In this document: in pieces, positions 13,553 to 30,115 of the stretch
Numbering within the stretch: the first letter of the stretch is position 1
Layout of the letters: each line of letters begins with the position of its first letter
From: the human T2T-CHM13v2.0 reference genome, Homo sapiens
Length of the DNA: 64,000 nt
Direction of reading: 5' to 3'
Assembly: GCA_009914755.4 (NCBI GenBank)
Contig: CP068257.2
Span: forward strand, 30,880,001 to 30,944,000
Notes under the pieces: generated by a model
What the model was told of the DNA's origin: nothing
What the model saw: the letters and a program-made list of their open reading frames with translations, nothing else
The model's database searches: none
Made by a program: the position numbers and the translations under genes

Positions 13553-15190
13553 CATCGAAGAATGACAGTAAATGGCCAAACCAAGTGGCCCTGGGAGCTC
13601 AGAGAAAATGATTCCACCAAATGGACTAGGGGAAGCTTATCAGAGATCACGCTCAACATGGTCCTCTAAGAATAGGCAGAATTTCCAAAGGTGAAGGAAG
13701 GTAGGGAAGGGAGCAGCCAGGAGGTGGGAACAGGAACAGCACGTTTAAGTACAGGGAACAGCCAGAGTGAGGGAAAATAAGGCTAAAAGGGTGAAGGGCA
13801 CCTGGAGAATGTTGATATTTTGGGCTTTGGCGCGTGCCTGTGTCCTGGCTGTAAGAACATTACGCACTTTGGGCGGCATCACTCAGCCTGCTCCTGGTTG
13901 TGGGTCCATTATCTGCTCCTAATATTGTCTTTCGTCTCGGGATTGTGAACAGATAAGGAACCCACAGCCAGGAGCAGGCTGGGCCTGGCCTCCAACCTTG
14001 ACCTTCTGACTCTTGGAATAGTAATTGCTCCGGATTTTAAGGTCACTGAACACCATCCAGTTAATCTCGATATCTTGGAAGTGACCAAATTACAGCTGAA
14101 TTTCGTTGAAGAAATTAAAATCATCACTCTTATCCTAAGAGTGATTATCCTAAGTATTCCGGTGACTGACTCACCTGGGACACTTTAAGATGCAGTTAAT
14201 ATCATCAATGCAAATAGACCTCAAGGGTCTAACAAATTATTTCTGGCAGAGCCCTTTTTTGAAATGTTTCTAGTCTTTGCCCCAAGACTGCTCACTGCCT
14301 AATTGCATTTCTTTCCAATGGGTCTAACAGAAAATCCCATTGGAAATTTATCTTCAGGTGAAAATGCCGCCTTCCTGCTTTTAAGCGAACTGCCTGTGAT
14401 ATCATGAGCTCAGGCTGCAGAGGCTCAGCCAAACAAAGAGAGGAAAGCTGGTTACTTCTGATTGGGAGGACGTATTAATTCCCCACACTTTCCCTGTTCC
14501 AAACTCATGACTCCATGGATTGAGTCCTTTTAAGAAAAGAAAATAGAGCCTGTCATTTCCTATTGTTTCAAAGACAAAATCCAGCCTGGGAAAGATTAAG
14601 GGAAGAGGACGGGACTCGTGTTCAGATGACTAAGCACCAACCTGACCTGGAAAAGGCTCGATTAGTTTTTGAGGAAGGGAGGGTGCTCCAATTAGAGGCA
14701 TGTGTAAAATAATGACATTACCTCACTAAAAGAGAAAAAGGAAAACATTCCCAACTCACTAACAATGAACTAGCAAGAAAATGTGTTGCTAATCTGTGAA
14801 GAATTTGCAAACCCAGTGAGTTGCCACCCAGCTCTGAGCTCCCAAACTTCCTTCCTTAGAACTTGACCTCTGATTGTAAAACCCTGGGCCCTGGGAGAGA
14901 GGGGCCTGTGCTGGTCAGCAAGGGGGAATCACATGGACCAGCCAAGCCCAGCTCTGCTCCGCCCGGGGTTTCTGGTAAATGAGCCTCTGTCACTCAGTTC
15001 GTACACATGGATACTTCTTATTGAAGATGTCTTGGGAAAAAGTCAAGCTGCTCTGAAAAAATAATAAAAATGCACTGTATCATGTTTTTAAAAGAGCTAG
15101 ATCTCTATGTACCGACATGGAAAATCCTTAAAGTCATTATTAAATAATACATAGATTATGATAACGTGTTTTTAAAAAGACTCAAAACTG

Positions 15191-15489
<299 letters not shown>

Positions 15490-16589
15490 AAAATGTTGGT
15501 GGTTTGGACAAATCCTGCCCCTGCACCCCACCTGCATGTCCCCTCCATGACTTCCTGTTGTGTACCAGGGTCCCTGAGGTGGGCTGAAAGAGGGCCGGGA
15601 GCTGGCTGTTCAGAGTCCCCCAGAAGCAAAAGCAGTGGGCCTCTGGCCCTGTGGGCAGGGCTGGCTGAAGCAGAGCCAGGAGGGAGGGCTGAGGAAGGCT
15701 GTCGTGCACCTGCCTGGCCAGCCGTGGGCAGTAGAAAAGAGGCTGGGATGGGGCCAGGTGAGCCCAGCTCAGGTCGGGGGCCTGGCAGGCCCTGGACATG
15801 TCTGCTCACAGCTGCTCAGAAGTGGCTCCTCGGGTTGGCCCTTGCTGCCCTCTGAGCTCTTGTCTCTGCATTCTCCATCCACCCCCACCCCAGCTTCTTG
15901 CCGGCCCTGTGCACAGACACCTAAGGCCCGCCTCTTAGGGTCAGCTTGCCCTCAAAAAGAGAAGAAAGCATAGGTTTCCAGGACTGGCTGATGAAGGGAG
16001 GGTTTGGGATTTCTGGAGACTTGAAGTTGAGCTTGAATTCCTCCCCTCTGACTTTCCCAGGCCAAGGCGTCCAGCACCCAGGGACCAAGCCCTGGTCCTC
16101 AGCAGAGACCGTCTGCAGCCCCTGCCCTGGTCTCGCTAACACTGGTTTAATATATCTACAACGAGAGATTCCCAAACCCCACCCAAGAGTCCCTGAGGGC
16201 AGACCTTGGGGCTCCAGGCCCAGGAATCTGCATTCTCCGCCCCCCAAACTCCCCCCAGGGGTCCTGATAGGCAGACAGCTGAGAGCTGGGCTTGCCTCCA
16301 CCTGGGTCCCTGAAACCCAGCACCCCGCCCTGTTGCTTGTCTCTTGCAGCCCAACTCCTGCAGCTGGGCCTTCTGCTCATCCTGTACAGAAACCCTCTGT
16401 TTGCTCCTGCAGACCTGCTCTCCATGGCCCCCAGCCTGCTCCACTGTCCTGTACCTCCAGACCCCCATCAGCATCTCCCCGCCTGTCTGCTGGGTTCAGC
16501 CAATGGGGAGCCTGGCAGGAGAAAGTCATGCCATCAGCTTTGAAGATACTTTCCTTTCCTGACTTCTTATCCTGGGGTTCCTGAACTCT

Positions 16590-16884
<295 letters not shown>

Positions 16885-17303
16885 GAGGTTCCTGAACTCT
16901 TAAGGGGACCACTGATCTTTTCTAGAGCTCCATGAGCCCTCTGAAGTTTTAAGCAAAAGTTTGTATATTTGAGAATGTGAATCTTTCTGGCTTTTTCATG
17001 GGATTGCAACGAGGATCCAAAGAGATAATACAAATGATGTCAGCTTTGACAACCACTAACTGCCCAAAAATATAAGGTATTATCATAATCACAGCAAGAT
17101 CAAAAGAGGTTAATGCGCGTCTCTCTGTGTCAAGTGTTCATGAAACTTCTGTTGAAGTTGGCCACCAGATTGGGCCAGCATGCACATGGGCAGCAGACAA
17201 CAGCTTTACAGGTTGTTAGAATGAGAGGCTGAACCCTAGCCTCTGGAAGGTGACACCGCAGAGGCCATCCACAGAAGTGTGGGTCTTCCTAGAAAATGAT
17301 GCA

Positions 17304-17615
17304 GGCAGGTCCGGGTGTAGTGCCTCGCGCCTGTAATCCCAGCATTTTGGGAGGCGGAGGCGGGCAGATCACTTGAGGTCAGGAGTTCAAGACCTGCCTG
17401 GCCAGCTGGTGAAACCCCATCTCTACTAAAAATACAAAAATTAGCTGGGCATGGTGGTGCAGGCCTGTAATCCCAGCTACTCAGGCAACTGAGGCAGGAG
17501 AATTGCTTGAGCCCAGAAGGTGGAGGCTGCAGTGAGCCAAGATGGAGCTACTACACTCCAGCCTGGGTGACAGAGGGAGACTCCATCTCAAAGTAAAAAA
17601 AAAAAAGAAAAGAAA
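17304..17615 (+). mobile_element. Alu SINE with an A/GAAA tail, flanked by GAAAATGATGCAGGCAGG
   Basis: Alu body with the 18-mer on both sides (17292-17309 and 17621-17638). Confidence 0.9.
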
Positions 17616-17639
17616 AGAAAGAAAATGATGCAGGCAGGA

Positions 17640-19325
<1,686 letters not shown>

Positions 19326-19649
19326 AAAACTTAAAAAATTTAAAAAAGAAAATGATGCAGGCACTGCAAATAGAACATACTTGGGTGCATGTCGGGGAAA
19401 GCGGAGGGGGAGACACCAGGGTCCATGACCCCATGGCATGAGGACATGATTGTGGAGCCGCTCTCTTGCTGTCCACAAAGTCACTGTAAAAGCAAAGTGC
19501 CAAACATTTTCAGTGAGGGCCTTTTTGCTCATTGGTCATGACTGGTGTCAGGCAACCCTTGGAAATTTCCTCACGACCTTAGAGGGACAGCATCACCTGC
19601 AGTTTCTATGGCAGAGATTCCATAGTAGGTTGAACACTGCTCCCCCAAA

Positions 19650-20050
19650 TACACGTCTTCCTGGAACCTCAGAATGTGACCTTATTTGGAGACAGGGTCT
19701 TCACAGTTATAATTAGTTAAGATGAGGTGGCACTGATGGGCTCTAACTCCAATGACTGGCGGCTTTCTAAGAAGGGGGAAGACAGACAGACACACAGAGA
19801 AGAATGCCACGTGACTAGAGAGGCAGAGACTGGAGTGACGCAGCCACAAACCAAAAGTGCAAAGGATTGCCAGGGGCCACCAGGTGCCGGAAGAGGCAAG
19901 GCAGGACCCCCTTCTTGGTCTTCAGAGGGAGCACAGCCCTGCCAACACCTTTATTTGAGACCCCTGGCCCCCAGAACTGGGAGAGAATAAATTTCTGTTG
20001 TTTTAAGCCACACCATTTGTGGTCATTAGTTATGGCAGCCACAGAAACTA
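19650..20050 (+). mobile_element. MaLR solo LTR (MLT1-family)
   Basis: GTGACCTTATTTGGAGACAGGGTCTTCACAG...AAGATGAGGTGGCACTGATGGGCTCTAACTCCAATGACTGG ... CCCAGAACTGGGAGAGAATAAATTTCTGTTGTTTTAAGCCACACCATTTGTGGTCATTAGTTATGGCAGCC is the MLT1 3' hallmark. Confidence 0.8.
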
Positions 20051-20924
20051 GCACAGAAGCTTCCAGAGCTGCTCCCAAGAGTGGAAGTGGCACAAGGCGA
20101 GGCATGGACTAGTCACAGATCCCCAGCCAGAAGCAGGGGACACATTCACACTGGGATGACTCAAGGAACTGTATGTACAAAGCACGAGCTGAGCCCTGCT
20201 CTGTGCCAGACACCATGCTGGGTGGAGGCCAGGAGTTGCTGGAAAAGCTGTAACAACCAGCAACCCCAGGTGTGGGCAGAGAAGTGCTGATTTGTAGCAT
20301 CTGCCAATTTCTGTGGTGTAAATACTCCCTCCTTGGCCAACGCGAGTGTAACACAACGTCCTTCATATAGTGTTTCTACCCTACAGGTACAATCAATGTC
20401 AATGACCTCAAGACAATAGTAAAATAAGGTGAAATAATTAGGAAATGTTGAGTTTTGAGAATTGACAGCCTTTGTGCCTAATATAATCTATTTAATTGTA
20501 AGCTTCTGTAATTTAGTATTTCATGGTGACTGTGTTTAACAACCAATTTGCAAAAATTCCTGAATGTTTAACCATCAGCTGCCATGAGCCAGAGCTGGCT
20601 ACAAGAAGTAGAGCAGTAAAGATGGCAGACGGCTAACATAACCTCAACTAGGTGGGGCCTGGAATGCAGCAATCTGGCTCCAATAGGATGCTTTTGGGTA
20701 GATGTGCCTGGAGCACCTCCACCTCTGAGGCCCGCAAAGCTGCCCCAGAGGAAGGGTGGCCTGCAGAGCAGCCTCTGCATCAGCTCTCAGCTGGTCCAGG
20801 GCACAGCATCAGTTGAAGAACACTGACTATGCCCAGTCACATCAGCTTCCAACTGTGAGCTCTCAGGAGACCTGTTGATGCAGAGATTCCTGGAGGTGGT
20901 ACCAAAAAAGCCAGGAGCAGGTGG

Positions 20925-21095
20925 GCACTGGTGCACATACAATACACATATAGACACACACACACCATGCACAGAACATACAGACACATGCATGCACAGA
21001 ACATGTAGATAGGTACACACACATGCACAGAGCACGCAGACACACACACATGCACAGAACATGCAGATACACACACATGCACAAACACACTCCTG
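20925..21095. repeat. CA-rich imperfect tandem repeat (CACAGAACATGCAGACACACACACATG-like units)
   Basis: Four to five imperfect copies of an approximately 35-40 bp CA/CATG-rich unit. Confidence 0.85.
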
Positions 21096-21448
21096 TTACG
21101 GTTTGGCTGTGTCCCCACCCAAATCTCATCTTGAATTCCCATGTGATGGGGGAGGGACCCGGTGGGAGGCAATTAAATCATGGGGGCTGGTCTTTCCTGT
21201 GCTGTTCTCGTGATAGTGAATAAGTCTCATGAGATCTGATCACTTTTTAAGGGGAAGTTTCTCGGCACAAGCTCTCTCTTTGCCTGCCGCCATCCATGTA
21301 AGATGTGACTTGCTCCTCCTTGCCTCCCGCCATGATTGTGAGGCCTCCCCAGCCATGTGGAACTGTAAGTCTAATAAACTTCTTTCTTTTGTAAATTGCC
21401 CAGTCTTGGCTATGTCTTTATCAGCAGTGTGAAAACGGACTAATACAA
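21096..21448 (+). mobile_element. THE1-family MaLR solo LTR
   Basis: ..ACGGTTTGGCTGTGTCCCCACCCAAATCTCATCTTGAATTCCCATGTGATGGGGGAGGGACCCGGTGGGAGGCAATTAAATCATGGGGGCTGGTCTTTCC ... CCATGATTGTGAGGCCTCCCCAGCCATGTGGAACTGTAAGTCTAATAAAC...AGCAGTGTGAAAACGGACTAATACAA is collinear with the THE1 LTR consensus. Confidence 0.85.
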
Positions 21449-21843
21449 CTCCTTTTTGCATTTTTGCCACAACAGTTTCCTTCAGTACAACAGCTACTTT
21501 TTAAGGAGTGCTTTCTGTCAGGGACCAGGCCAGGCACTAGGAATATTCACATGAAGAAGGCAAAGCCCAGGACCTTCCATCAGTTGGTGAGGCCTGTGAT
21601 TGGCCACAGCTGCCTGCGTCTCATTCTGCCGCTGATCTAAGGAAGCCCTTCATTGCCACATATCTCAGCCTTAATCTCCATTGTCAGCTCTCTCCATCCT
21701 GAAGGTGAGAGGTGGTTGCTAGTTACTTTAGAGCTAGGATGGGAAACAGGGTTTGATTTCTACAGCCCTCACAAATACCTGCATTTGGCATTGCGCACAA
21801 TTCGTGATGTAGATGCAACATGAAGTGAGGTGAAAATTGGTAG

Positions 21844-22097
21844 GCTGGGCATGTCAGCTCATGCCTGTAATGCCAGCACTTTGGGAGGCTGAGCTCAGGA
21901 GTTTGAGACCAGCCTGGGCAACATGGTGAAACCCTATCTCTACCCAAAGTACAAAAAATTAGCTGAGCACTACCGCGCACTTGTAGTCCCAACTACTCGG
22001 AAGGCTGAGGTGGGAGGATTGCTTCAGCCAGGGAGGTGAAGTTTGCAGTGATCCAAGGTTGAAACACTGCATTCCAGCCTGGGTGACAGAGTGAGAC
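21844..22097 (+). mobile_element. Alu SINE with an internal deletion, whose tail grades into a GGGA/GGAA microsatellite
   Basis: GCTGGGCATGTCAGCTCATGCCTGTAATGCCAGCACTTTGGGAGGCTGAGCTCAGGAGTTTGAGACCAGCCTGGGCAACATGG ... CCAGCCTGGGTGACAGAGTGAGACAGGG. Confidence 0.85.
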
Positions 22098-22209
22098 AGG
22101 GAGGGAGGGAGGGAGGGAGGGAGGGAGGGAGGGAGGAAGGAAGGAAGGAAGGAAGGAAGGAAGGAAGGAAGGAAGGAAGGAAAGAAGGAAGGAAAGAAGG
22201 AAGGAAGGA
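22098..22209. repeat. (GGGA)n then (GGAA)n tetranucleotide microsatellite, about 110 bp
   Basis: agggagggagggagggagggagggagggaggaaggaaggaagg...aaggaaggaa. Confidence 0.95.
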
Positions 22210-23329
22210 ATTGGTCACCTGGACTGGGTTATGTGAGTTCCTGTGAGTACTTCTTATAGCTATAGTAATTTCAACCAGGAACACCAATCATTCTGGTTTG
22301 TGAGGGATGAATGGGTTAGTGCTACAATGAGGGTAGTAGTCTTAGGCAATACGGGATGGGCAACCATCCTAATTCTCACCTCCCTTCTGACAGCTCAAGT
22401 TTGAATACTGAGGTCTGCAAGGACATTATACTGAGACCTGCAAGGACATTTGTCTCACATTGCAATAAACAGCCACCGGGTTCTAAATCTGATTTTGCTT
22501 AAATCCATTTCTCTAAGAAATATTATAGCATTTACTCCTTTTCATTGTATAAGACATGTTGAAAAACAGCCATTCATTTCTAAATCCTTCTTTTCAGTCA
22601 CTTTTAATATTCTTTTAAAAAGAGAGAAAGGAAAAGAAAAGACTTCTTGGGACTAAAACTTATCATAGTTGGATGAAACCCAAAGGTGAATATTTATTTC
22701 AGCAAAATTCATTCGGGGCCTTGAAAGTCAAGTGTGTGAATATAAAATACACCTTTTCAGCCTGGGATCATGCCCTTTTCTGTGCTTGGATGGCTGAACT
22801 ATGAAATGCCAGGTTGACATATTCAGTGCTTCCAGGAATGTGACCCCAGAAGAAACAAAGGGGAATGTGGCATTTGTGGAGGTGGCCAGGCCGGTCAGCC
22901 AACTTGGCTGGGTTCTGGAAGGGTCTAGTCCATGGGCTCCCACCATATCCCAGGTGATTCTATCTGCTCAGAGTTCACAGGAACCACAGATTCCCACACC
23001 TTCATTCCCGAGGGGTGGGTGAGGGGGTGTCTACATGCTCCTTCTCAAGCACAGCTGTCATTTGTTCCAGCTTTGTCTCCCCATCCTGAATCCAGCACGA
23101 GGAGGTGTCTGGATCTCACACAGGATGCATTCACAGGGGCTGGGGTGGAAGGATCAATCAGCACCTTCAAATTCCAGCCCTCACTGCTGCCAAGACAGGG
23201 CACCACGTTCTCGCGCTCACAAAGACGATCCTGCACCAGAGCTGCATGAACAGGGCTTTCACCTTTTCATTTGCTCACTCATTCCTTCCATCAGAATCAA
23301 TGGCTGTTTGCAGGACAAACAAAATGCAC

Positions 23330-23950
23330 GTGCCTGCATGTGTGTGTCTGTGTGTGCTTGTGCATGTCTGTGTGCATGCCTATGTGTGTCTCTCTGTGCT
23401 CGTCCATGTGTGTGTGCATGCATGTGTGCCTGTGTGTGCATGCTATGTGTCTGTGTGTGCATGTGTGTGTGCATGCTGAGTCTGTGTGTGCATGTGTGTG
23501 TGCATGATATGTGTCTCTGTGTGTGCATGTGTGTGCCTGCATACATGTGTCTGTGTGTGCTCATGCATGTGTGTGCATGACTGTGTGTCTCTGTGTGTGC
23601 TTGTGCGTGCATGTGTGCACGCCTATGTGTGTCTGTGTGTGCTTGTGCATGCATGCCTATGTGTGTGTGTGCTTGTGCATCTGTGTGTACATGCCTATGT
23701 ATGTCTGTGTGTGCTTGTGCATGACTGTGTGCGTGCCTGTGTGTGTGCTGTGCATGTGTGTGTGCATGTCTATGTGTCTGTGCGTGTGTGTGCATGCCTA
23801 TGTGTGTCTGCTCATGCATGCATGTGTGCATGCCTGTGTGTCTGTGTGCTCGTGCATGCGTGTGTACATGTCTGTGTGTCTGCATGCTCACATGTGTGTG
23901 TGCGTGTGTATGTGTGTGTACACATACATGCATGTGTGCGTGCGTATGCT
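23330..23950. repeat. TG-rich minisatellite-like low-complexity array (TGTGTGTGCATGCCTATGTGTGTCTG-type units), about 620 bp
   Basis: Dozens of imperfect copies. All long ORFs here (His/Thr-rich and Cys/Val-rich peptides on both strands) are translation artefacts of this repeat. Confidence 0.9.
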
Positions 23951-24049
23951 ATTTCTCTCTCAAGACCACATTGCAAACTGGCCCCTGTGGGATGTTGTTT
24001 CTGCCTTACAGATTGACATGTGTATGTTTGAACAGAGGCCGGCCAGCAT

Positions 24050-24230
24050 GGGGTCACACTGGCTTCAGTTAACCTGGGTTCCAATCCTGCCTCTGCCACT
24101 TGGTAGCGGTGACACCTTGGTGACTTTCTGGGCACCATTTCTGCCTCCATTTGCTCATCTGTAAAATGGAGACCACACAAGGCTGCTGTGAGAAGTAAAC
24201 AAGGTAAGGAATGCGAAGTGCCCCACAGGA
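24050..24230 (+). mobile_element. MIR SINE fragment
   Basis: CCTGCCTCTGCCACTTGGTAGCGGTGACACCTTGGTGACTTTCTGGGCACCATTTCTGCCTCCATTTGCTCATCTGTAAAATGGAGACCACACAAGGCTGCTGTGAGAAGTAAACAAG. Confidence 0.75.
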
Positions 24231-24758
24231 CCCAAGCGTGGTAGCCCCCAGTAAATGGTAGCTGCTGTTCCCCTAGGATGTGCCCGTTGTTCTAGCCCCG
24301 CCAGGCATGCTCCCTGCCCCTCTCTCTGCTTGCTGGGAAAGGCTGGGTTTGGTTGATAAAGTGGAAAGTTTTCCTTTCTCTGATCTCTCTCTCATCACCA
24401 GTAGGTAGTTCATCCACACAGAATACACAGAAAGTTTTCCCAGCTTTCATGAAAAGGAAACCCGGGAGGAGGTGGGCAATGGAGGGCGGCATCTCTGTGC
24501 TTACCTGGCTAGGCCCTGGACTCAGAGCCCCCGCTATGACCCGGGTTGTTTCTCTGGAAAAGGCCCAGGTCACCTCAGTCCTGAAAATTATTCACTCCTA
24601 GTCAGCGCCAGTGTCTGCCCATCACCCTCAAAAGCCTCGGAAAGTCCCACACAGCGGCTCCCCAAATCAGTCCTCTGGACCCCTGCCAGGGAGCTCACAG
24701 GACGTACTGTCTTCTTAAAATCCTGTTTTCTAAGGCTTATCTAGGAAAACAGTGAAAG

Positions 24759-24759
<1 letters not shown>

Positions 24760-24810
<51 letters not shown>
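24760..24810. repeat. (AT)n dinucleotide microsatellite, about 25 repeats
   Basis: atatatatat... Confidence 0.95.
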
Positions 24811-24815
<5 letters not shown>

Positions 24816-24976
24816 CATCTGATAGCATGTGCTAAACTGTGTGATTCCTACATCTAAAAATATCAGCATTAACACACCAGCATTACTCAAATAGCCAAAA
24901 GGTGGAAGCGACCCAAGTGTCCATCCACGGATAGACAGAGAAACAAAATGTGGTGTATCCATACAATGGAGTATTA

Positions 24977-25339
<363 letters not shown>

Positions 25340-25527
25340 TTAGGCCATTATGCTAAATGAAATGAGCCAGTCACAAGAGGACAAATTGTGTGTGTGTGTG
25401 TGTGTTTGTTTGTGTGTGCCACTTATAAGAGGTATCTGGAGGAGTCAAATCCATAGAGGCAGAAAGTGGAACAGAGCTTGCCGGGGACTGTGGGGGTAGA
25501 TGGGAGGAAATGAGGAGTTAATGTTTA

Positions 25528-25935
<408 letters not shown>

Positions 25936-26439
25936 AAGATGATAAATTTTATGTGTATTTTACTACAATTTAAATATATATGTGTATACATATATAAACA
26001 TTCATATTCATACTTGCAGAATTAATCACTAACACTATGAAACCCAGCCCTTGCGTGGCTCTGCCAATGGCTGGCCCAGCCACCAGCCCCATGTCAATTG
26101 CCTGAGTCCGTCCCACTAGGATGGAGCCTGCAGTCCTTTCCACCCTGCAGTGAGGCCATTCTGGGAAAACCCGGTATACACAAGAGTATCCACGGAAAAC
26201 AGACCAAATTAAATGAGATGCATGGTGTTGGTCGTGCAGGGACACAGGCACATGGAGCGGGTGGGGTAGGCAGGAACTGAACAATAAAAGGACCCAGACA
26301 AGATCCTAAAAGAATTGGAGAGATGAAAAAGTGTCCTAACTCATTAAATCCCATTCGTTTATTCATTCAATAAATACTTTTTTTCATTTGCCATCTGTAC
26401 AACTTCTTTGATAGGGTCAGATATTTTGCTCATTTTTAA

Positions 26440-26780
<341 letters not shown>

Positions 26781-26807
26781 CTATAGTTGGGTTTTAAGGG
26801 TTCTTTA

Positions 26808-27585
<778 letters not shown>

Positions 27586-27706
27586 CTATTTGCAGAAGAT
27601 CATGAGAGAAGATGGGTTGGGGGTAGGGGGTGGGTCCCTGTGAAGGACTTAGACTTTGGGCTCTGTATTTGTTTCCTGTGACTGCTGTAACAAATTGCCA
27701 CAAACT

Positions 27707-27878
27707 GGCCGGGCGCGGTGGCTCATGCTTGTAATCGCAGCATTTTGAGAGGCCAAGGTGGGCGGATCACCTGAGGTCATCCTGGCCAACATGGTGAAAC
27801 CCCATCTCTACTAAAAATACAAAAATTAGCAGGTGTGGTGGTGCATACCTGTAATCCCAGCTACTCGCGAGGCTGCAT
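27707..27878 (+). mobile_element. Alu SINE, truncated and internally deleted
   Basis: GGCCGGGCGCGGTGGCTCATGCTTGTAATCGCAGCATTTTGAGAGGCCAAGGTGGGCGGATCACCTGAGGTCA|TCCTGGCCAACATGGTGAAACCCCATCTCTACTAAAAATACAAAAATTAGC. Confidence 0.8.
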
Positions 27879-28360
27879 TGAGTGTTGCTGAGAACTCATG
27901 CAGGTGACGGACCACTGGATCCAACAGCATGAAGGCCAGCAGTGACCTTGGCCAGAGCCACTTTTGTGAGGTGGTGTGCATGTGAGTAATGTGGACCAGA
28001 GCCAGCTGGAGTAGGATCAGGAGAAGAAGGGAGGAAACAGCAGGTGTGGGCCACTGTCCTAAAGTTATCTATGAAAGTTATTCTTCTATAAAGAGGCACA
28101 GATAAGTGAAGCAATAGTGAGAGGAGGGGTATCAAGAGAGAATGTTTTAGTATGCCATTTTGTTTATTTATTTACTTGTTACATAAATGAAGTTATATTT
28201 ATATATTTTAGTAAGTTACTTTCTTTGGGCAAAATACATTGTAATTATCCTATTTGCTATAGTTCTGCAATTAACTTCAAAATTTTTAAAGTTAGCCAGT
28301 CAGTGAATCTGCTTACCTGATTGTGTTTGTGCAGATATATTTTAAAAACTGGCAATAGTA

Positions 28361-28738
<378 letters not shown>

Positions 28739-28780
28739 TTATTTATTTATTTTTTTGAGATGGAGTCTCGCTCTGTTGAG

Positions 28781-29150
28781 TGACAACACATGGTCTCACT
28801 TATATGCGGAAGCTAAAGAAGAGCTCACAGACTTGGTGAATAGAACAGTGGTTACAGGAAACAGCAGGGGAGTGAGGTGCTGGCGGTGGGGAGCTTGGTT
28901 AACATGAACAAAGCTACAATTAGAAAGGAAGAAGTTTTGGTCTTCTCATGGGGTGAGTAATTTACTGTATATTTTCAAGCAGCTAGAAGAGAGGATTTTG
29001 AATGCTTTCAACACAAACAAATGATAACTGTTTGAGGTCATGGATATGCTAATTAGACTGATTTGATTATTACACACGGTACCCATGCACCAATACATCA
29101 CACTTTACCCCATAAATATCTACAATTATTACATGTCAATTTAAAAAATC
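28781..29150 (+). mobile_element. L1 (L1MA/PB-type) 3' end fragment, sense, preceded by a roughly 27-bp antisense Alu tail fragment at 28730-28779
   Basis: ACACATGGTCTCACTTATATGCGGAAGCTAAAGAAGAGCTCACAGACTTGGTGAATAGAACAGTGGTTACAGG ... CAAATGATAACTGTTTGAGGTCATGGATATGCTAATTAGACTGATTTGATTATTACACA...CCCCATAAATATCTACAATTATTACATGTCAATTTAAAAAA. Confidence 0.8.
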
Positions 29151-29669
29151 CATGGAAACAAAAAGTAGAATGACTTTTGCTAGAGTCTTGGGGAAGAGAG
29201 AAATGATGAGCTAGTGTTTAATGGGTCCAGAGATTCTGGTCAGGATGAAAAAGTTCTGGAATTGGATGGTGGTGATGATGGTTGCACAAAATTGTGAATT
29301 TACCTAATGCCACAGGGCTGTACTCTTAAAATGTTAAAATGGTAAGTTTTATGTTACATATGTCTCATCACAATTAAAAATAAAAGAGTACATGCATTCA
29401 TTTTGAGAAAAAACAAGTCTCCTTCACTTTGAAGGTGTCAGCTCCCAGAACATAAGGACAAAGAGAAAACCTCAGAGTCATGTTTAACATGTCTGATTTA
29501 TACTGAGGACAAATTAAAGAAAGTAATTTATATAACGAAGAGTAAACTTATGGAACTCATTGCCGAAAGAGGAGGCACAGACATAAAAATATCCAAAGAC
29601 ATCTACGAGGAATTGTTCACACATTTATTGCATTTATTGACAGCAGCCTAACAGAACATGGAGCACGAT

Positions 29670-30115
29670 CACGTTTGGAGTCACCCTGAGGTTCACATCA
29701 CAGCACACAAGCAGCTTTTTGCCCTACAGGCATTGCGCCCCAGTGAGTTTCTGAGGACAGGAATGGGGAGCTGGACGGACCTGCAGGTCCTCCCCATGGA
29801 ACAAACGCTGCACCTTGCACACACCTGGGTCCCTGCTATGTCCAGCCCCAACCTGTGCACAGTGAGGAGAGCACACCTGGTGATCAGGATGGGGTCCACC
29901 CTGAGATGTTCATCGCCTACCTGTGCATGATGAGGGCAGCACACCTGGTTGTAAACACAAGGTCACCCCTGAGATGCCCAGTGCCTACCTCTACATGGTA
30001 AGGACAGCACAAAGTCACCTCTGAAATGCCCAGTGCTTGTACATTGTGAGGGAATCACACCTGGTTGTCAGCACGGCATCACCTCTGAGATGTCCTCCCG
30101 TTCACATGTGTAGCA
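29670..30115. repeat. Minisatellite, unit about 62-69 bp, about 6-7 diverged copies (unit core CACACCTGGTTGT..GTCACCCCTGAGATGCCCAGTGCCTACCTSTRCAT)
   Basis: Units can be read at 29861-29927, 29928-29996, 29997-30044 (deleted copy) and 30045-30112, with more degenerate copies upstream. Confidence 0.8.

Noticed and set aside
23035-24180. Cluster of long ORFs (up to 224 aa) on both strands encoding His/Thr/Ala-rich and Cys/Val/Met-rich peptides
   Set aside because: They lie entirely within a TG/CATG low-complexity minisatellite. The open frames are a compositional artefact (no stop codons can form in TG/CA-rich sequence), not genes.
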